From the sequence record NC_070999.1: a stretch of DNA of 64,000 nucleotides; one strand, 5' to 3'. Of the stretch, positions 62,901-64,000 are shown piece after piece (the first letter of the stretch is position 1; every line of letters starts with the position of its first letter). The translations under genes and the position numbers were made by a program. The notes under the pieces were generated by a model, which made no database searches, was not told where the DNA came from, and was given only the letters and a program-made list of their open reading frames with translations.

Positions 62901-63975
62901 AGAAGTAAGGAATATTGGAAACAAACATACTACCGAGTTGTTTGCCAATTAGATCACCAATCATCCCTTTGGACATCGGCATTCCATCTGACATATCCAA
63001 CATGTCGGCAATTTGTTCTAAAGCAAAGTTACCACCCTGATAACCTTCCTGTCTAGCTGATTTACCAAACTTGTCTTTAATTAAACCAGTGAGACCACCT
63101 ACTCGTTTACCTACTGTATTAAAAAGCTTATTTCTCATAAACTCTTTAGATGCAGTAAAGTTAGACGTCTTTTGGTAATCACTCATCATACTGGCTTTTT
63201 GAATCTTCTTCAATTCAGCAATTTCAGTATGAATTCCTTTCTCCATGAACTTATAGTACTTAACGTTAGAAACGTAAGTCTTAGCTAATAAAGAGAGTTT
63301 AGCCTGATCCATTCGAAGTTGGACGTTGCGTTGGTAGTTAACCAAATCACGCATTCCAGATTCGATATTAACAAGTTGTCTATTACCAGATGAGATACTC
63401 GCAGTGATCATTCCGCCAACATGAGCAGACATGGTATTAAGTGTTTCACCTAATGCCGAGAACATCCCTTCTTGAGCTTCTAGGGAACGATCTAAAGCAG
63501 CAGTGACATCGTACTCACTTGTCTCTTCAATAGACAAACCACCGGTTTCATAACTACCTAATTTCTCCCAACTAGAAAAGTCTTTCTGAGAGAAATTCTC
63601 GAGTTCATTTGTAATTGAACTGGGCATTCTTTCGCCCATTTTCTTTGACAGATGACCCGCAATGCTTTGTAACGATTTAACAGAAGAAGCATTTTCTTCT
63701 TTAAATTCTGTTTTTAATTCGTCAAATCTACGACCAGCCCAGCTGACCCGATCCAACGCTGTGGAGAATGATTTAGGGAGAATAGTTCGAAGTGAACGCA
63801 TTCTTGCTTCACCACTTCCAACTGTTTCATCGACAATCCCAGAAAGGAATCCAGAGGCCATACCTCCGACAAACCCTTTCTTTGCATATGGATCCATATC
63901 GAAATCCATATCAAAGTCGATATCTCCACCAAAAGGATCATCATCCCAGTCTAGATCATAAGTATCACTTGCCAT
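56932..63975 (-). CDS. giant tail-associated protein with C-terminal GH19-type lysozyme domain (phiKZ gp181-like)
   Basis: Likely start ATG 63975 (GAGGG RBS; track start 63987). AMAKKETG, YVYG...LGNT...DGWLYRGRGLFQLTGKANY and INGG...G.DERR GH19 motifs at ~57440-58000; Gly-rich hydrophobic segments; Pro/Thr/Ser-rich tail. Confidence 0.85.
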   Translation of the reverse strand: MASDTYDLDWDDDPFGGDIDFDMDFDMDPYAKKGFVGGMASGFLSGIVDETVGSGEARMRSLRTILPKSFSTALDRVSWAGRRFDELKTEFKEENASSVKSLQSIAGHLSKKMGERMPSSITNELENFSQKDFSSWEKLGSYETGGLSIEETSEYDVTAALDRSLEAQEGMFSALGETLNTMSAHVGGMITASISSGNRQLVNIESGMRDLVNYQRNVQLRMDQAKLSLLAKTYVSNVKYYKFMEKGIHTEIAELKKIQKASMMSDYQKTSNFTASKEFMRNKLFNTVGKRVGGLTGLIKDKFGKSARQEGYQGGNFALEQIADMLDMSDGMPMSKGMIGDLIGKQLGSMFVSNIPYFFERGKGKDWINKLAAKNPKEAKQFQEMFGKLTNFGNKASYASTSGVGLINYLAEDYEAMDEMQYLDYQDYLDQLPPGKKPIPKAIWVAKNAATNKAKASVNSFMSEITKSRGTQYTLNKRNVKDLNNPGIWKETNNITLNEVIPGLLSKILTSTEGIRTGEKNIESVSYNYMRGQFQTDSEKRISVKADLMPYGDFSRYAQAALEMVDGLDTERTLSPGARKALAQQIAKDVDQEKGFNPFYYLGDIPNVSGSHQKEIHAVMKRHFGLNDQDVSEFKSAKGFDKLKRMTDMRSNEGNERLNVASATAANMKDLFPNVAERIDMLRSTGNEQLLRDLGVIYTEAGVEKVNMNIFHERLGQFMENPNNPQLKGMFDNTSKKPVSDGKGGFIVPKSPTGSSSTNNTFNELNSSISDLSAQLGRLIDNTSKVDTERSSGPRAYFDTHTGEVVSNIDKIATSTSNMDLLFTELLSIVKDGKLFSKQAKSQTEERQADRYNFDVVNRLKKILPTNILGKGFEMVMQNQPLILGSILGGVSSHFIQNPILAAAAGVGGIALGALVQHWGKTDYAEGVGDEPSDDEDILDENGNKILTSAKLKAGDYYDAVKRRVIKTWRDIKGPLFDVANKVTITVKELGGKIFGADGRAVVLSGITKIKDAAVGAYNFIDPLTRIKSVMEMGKNLIYQQDVFVKGEKTPRLRAIKFKEGEYSIEDSTGSIKPIWGWNEINGPVYNSEGNEVISQVEFDQGLITATGQKVRAVGSAASGLAGTAAGLARSGLDNILGKFGYNRPQGDTEGSGIGKSGQSSNRGVERRLDRIYAILSQKFGIDIPDNFDGESDPIGSPIAKGLRLNSLEDKIRQAKAEKQEKVQDSIIDIAEGMKEPKEGEKTEKQGVFGKLFSLMGGMGDFAMRLIKNPIGTLGGLIMGSLVNSGKRLASIGTMLFSGVLGVASPIFKIMKWGFTALTKATMAKTAASGLGDALGGAGRGGMRGKIGGVLSKLGGRGKMMAALLGTGAVVGGGMYAADAFGSEAEPTDGDVYEDGKDGNGPKLTTMEKVVDTTSDFFLPTLALKTAKEFLLPKAATDFIENKGVFWAPDGTFFTDRREAQAYIDGTGGVSTKEIPDSLQRRIRYAQYGIKSIDGNLAKRVSKLEQALIPHLAIANNRASFSQSAPVAQILQQFAKGGDSVPFDQVHTWFNARFKPVFLLYAVAVSIGRHGDINEFDRKESYEVTLLCERVRTSMGTLDPFPYEVQVQIDPREGILNRVMTENLVSSLLSELRKKYPTPEEEFKLETDVERRNRVLNEKTPDGLAGWFSNSYGDRANKLAQEEVDRKFQTPQAVREIDISDLHKDANTAIDAFTMVRLGVYGNIDNMPWRVDAVLRLERYCEDLINTLGTEAVFSGNPTRVFNLFKAQFRIETTNGETNWHLWFQNRFLPVLQQYVKEMKRLRNQLPKQGWRSLSDTNKAKLARFLSETRVIYQQEEVTVWDVKASPFENSNSGSWPDRVEKYLKSLDAKATKARLKEPELEDERSLTYDEKASGSKVNYSQVQANTNALFDKVYGKNRNVSAGNVGIYGGGTGNSFTADGRNNNGLGYGTNYNLQGGNVNLGWSDTFNPEFQKLAGDDKGIKMDPAQGEQLLLNHLLKAGVTDKKMLALALAMAKKETGNYSATVENTNWSAPTLKKYFRNIPDMATAEKVAALSPAERAMYVYGKAPKGPTLGNTKPEDGWLYRGRGLFQLTGKANYEKFKQETGIDVVSNPRIVSEDPNVMAESAVRFLLNSKAMRSIAQTGDFETAMRGINGGNPVPGSDERRQYYQEYLDRLNRGDISVPDTGEQGAVQISNEQAQLPSVPDSNVPPDHIDGNKAVNPDAKEDINSLMNAADTAKVSNKPVSPTSTPTASPASKPKVPTPPPSIAAPQPPSNTATNTPAVNPSSVMKTPTKEVPVELKLPDGPLAVNDEANTAAMARLITSVDTLNEGINRLAKQQSGVRMN

Positions 63976-64000
63976 ACATTCCCTCACTTAGGAAATAGCG

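Noticed and set aside
1-64000. tRNA, rRNA, integrase, homing endonuclease or retron/DGR reverse transcriptase
   Set aside because: No cloverleaf with T-loop or D-loop consensus was seen in the few intergenic gaps, and no ORF showed tyrosine or serine recombinase, HNH/GIY-YIG/LAGLIDADG or YxDD RT motifs. This was by-eye inspection only.

Overview
This window is a 64-kb segment of an AT-rich (roughly mid-30s % GC by eye, not computed) lytic jumbo phage of the phiKZ-related, nucleus-forming group (Chimalliviridae-like). The GroEL gene points to the EL/OBP-like branch. The assignment rests on a syntenic set of markers: a split RNA polymerase beta C-terminal subunit (phiKZ gp149-like), a UvsX/RecA-like recombinase, an RNase H-like protein, an SNF2-type helicase, internal head proteins with A/G-x-E maturation sites, and a 2.3-kaa tail protein with a C-terminal lysozyme domain followed by a tail-tip-like gene. 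Plus-strand runs of small early genes are driven by a 9-copy AT-rich promoter motif (CTATAwTTTTTCA..AGATATTAT). They are interrupted by a receptor-binding cassette array at 7.4-14.9 kb (two beta-helix tailspikes and one tail-anchor::glycerophosphodiester phosphodiesterase fusion), a nucleotide-metabolism island at 26-36 kb (CYTH, metallophosphoesterase, thyA, HAD, GNAT, DHFR, tdk) and late structural genes. About 20 long-stem hairpin terminators punctuate the window. The most unusual observations are: (1) two related ~100-nt intergenic elements, 36 kb apart, that conserve a GTA-triloop hairpin built from tandem sheared G.A pairs; (2) the GDPD-armed tail appendage; (3) three dispersed proteins sharing an ungapped DP-x19-G-x7-A-x2-RY-x-[DN]L N-terminal module; (4) a recurring RTCTAG element in early-gene leaders; (5) a 56%-GC in-frame insertion in thymidine kinase. 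No tRNA, rRNA, CRISPR array, intron or intein could be supported. All product calls come from motifs recognised by eye; no database search was run.
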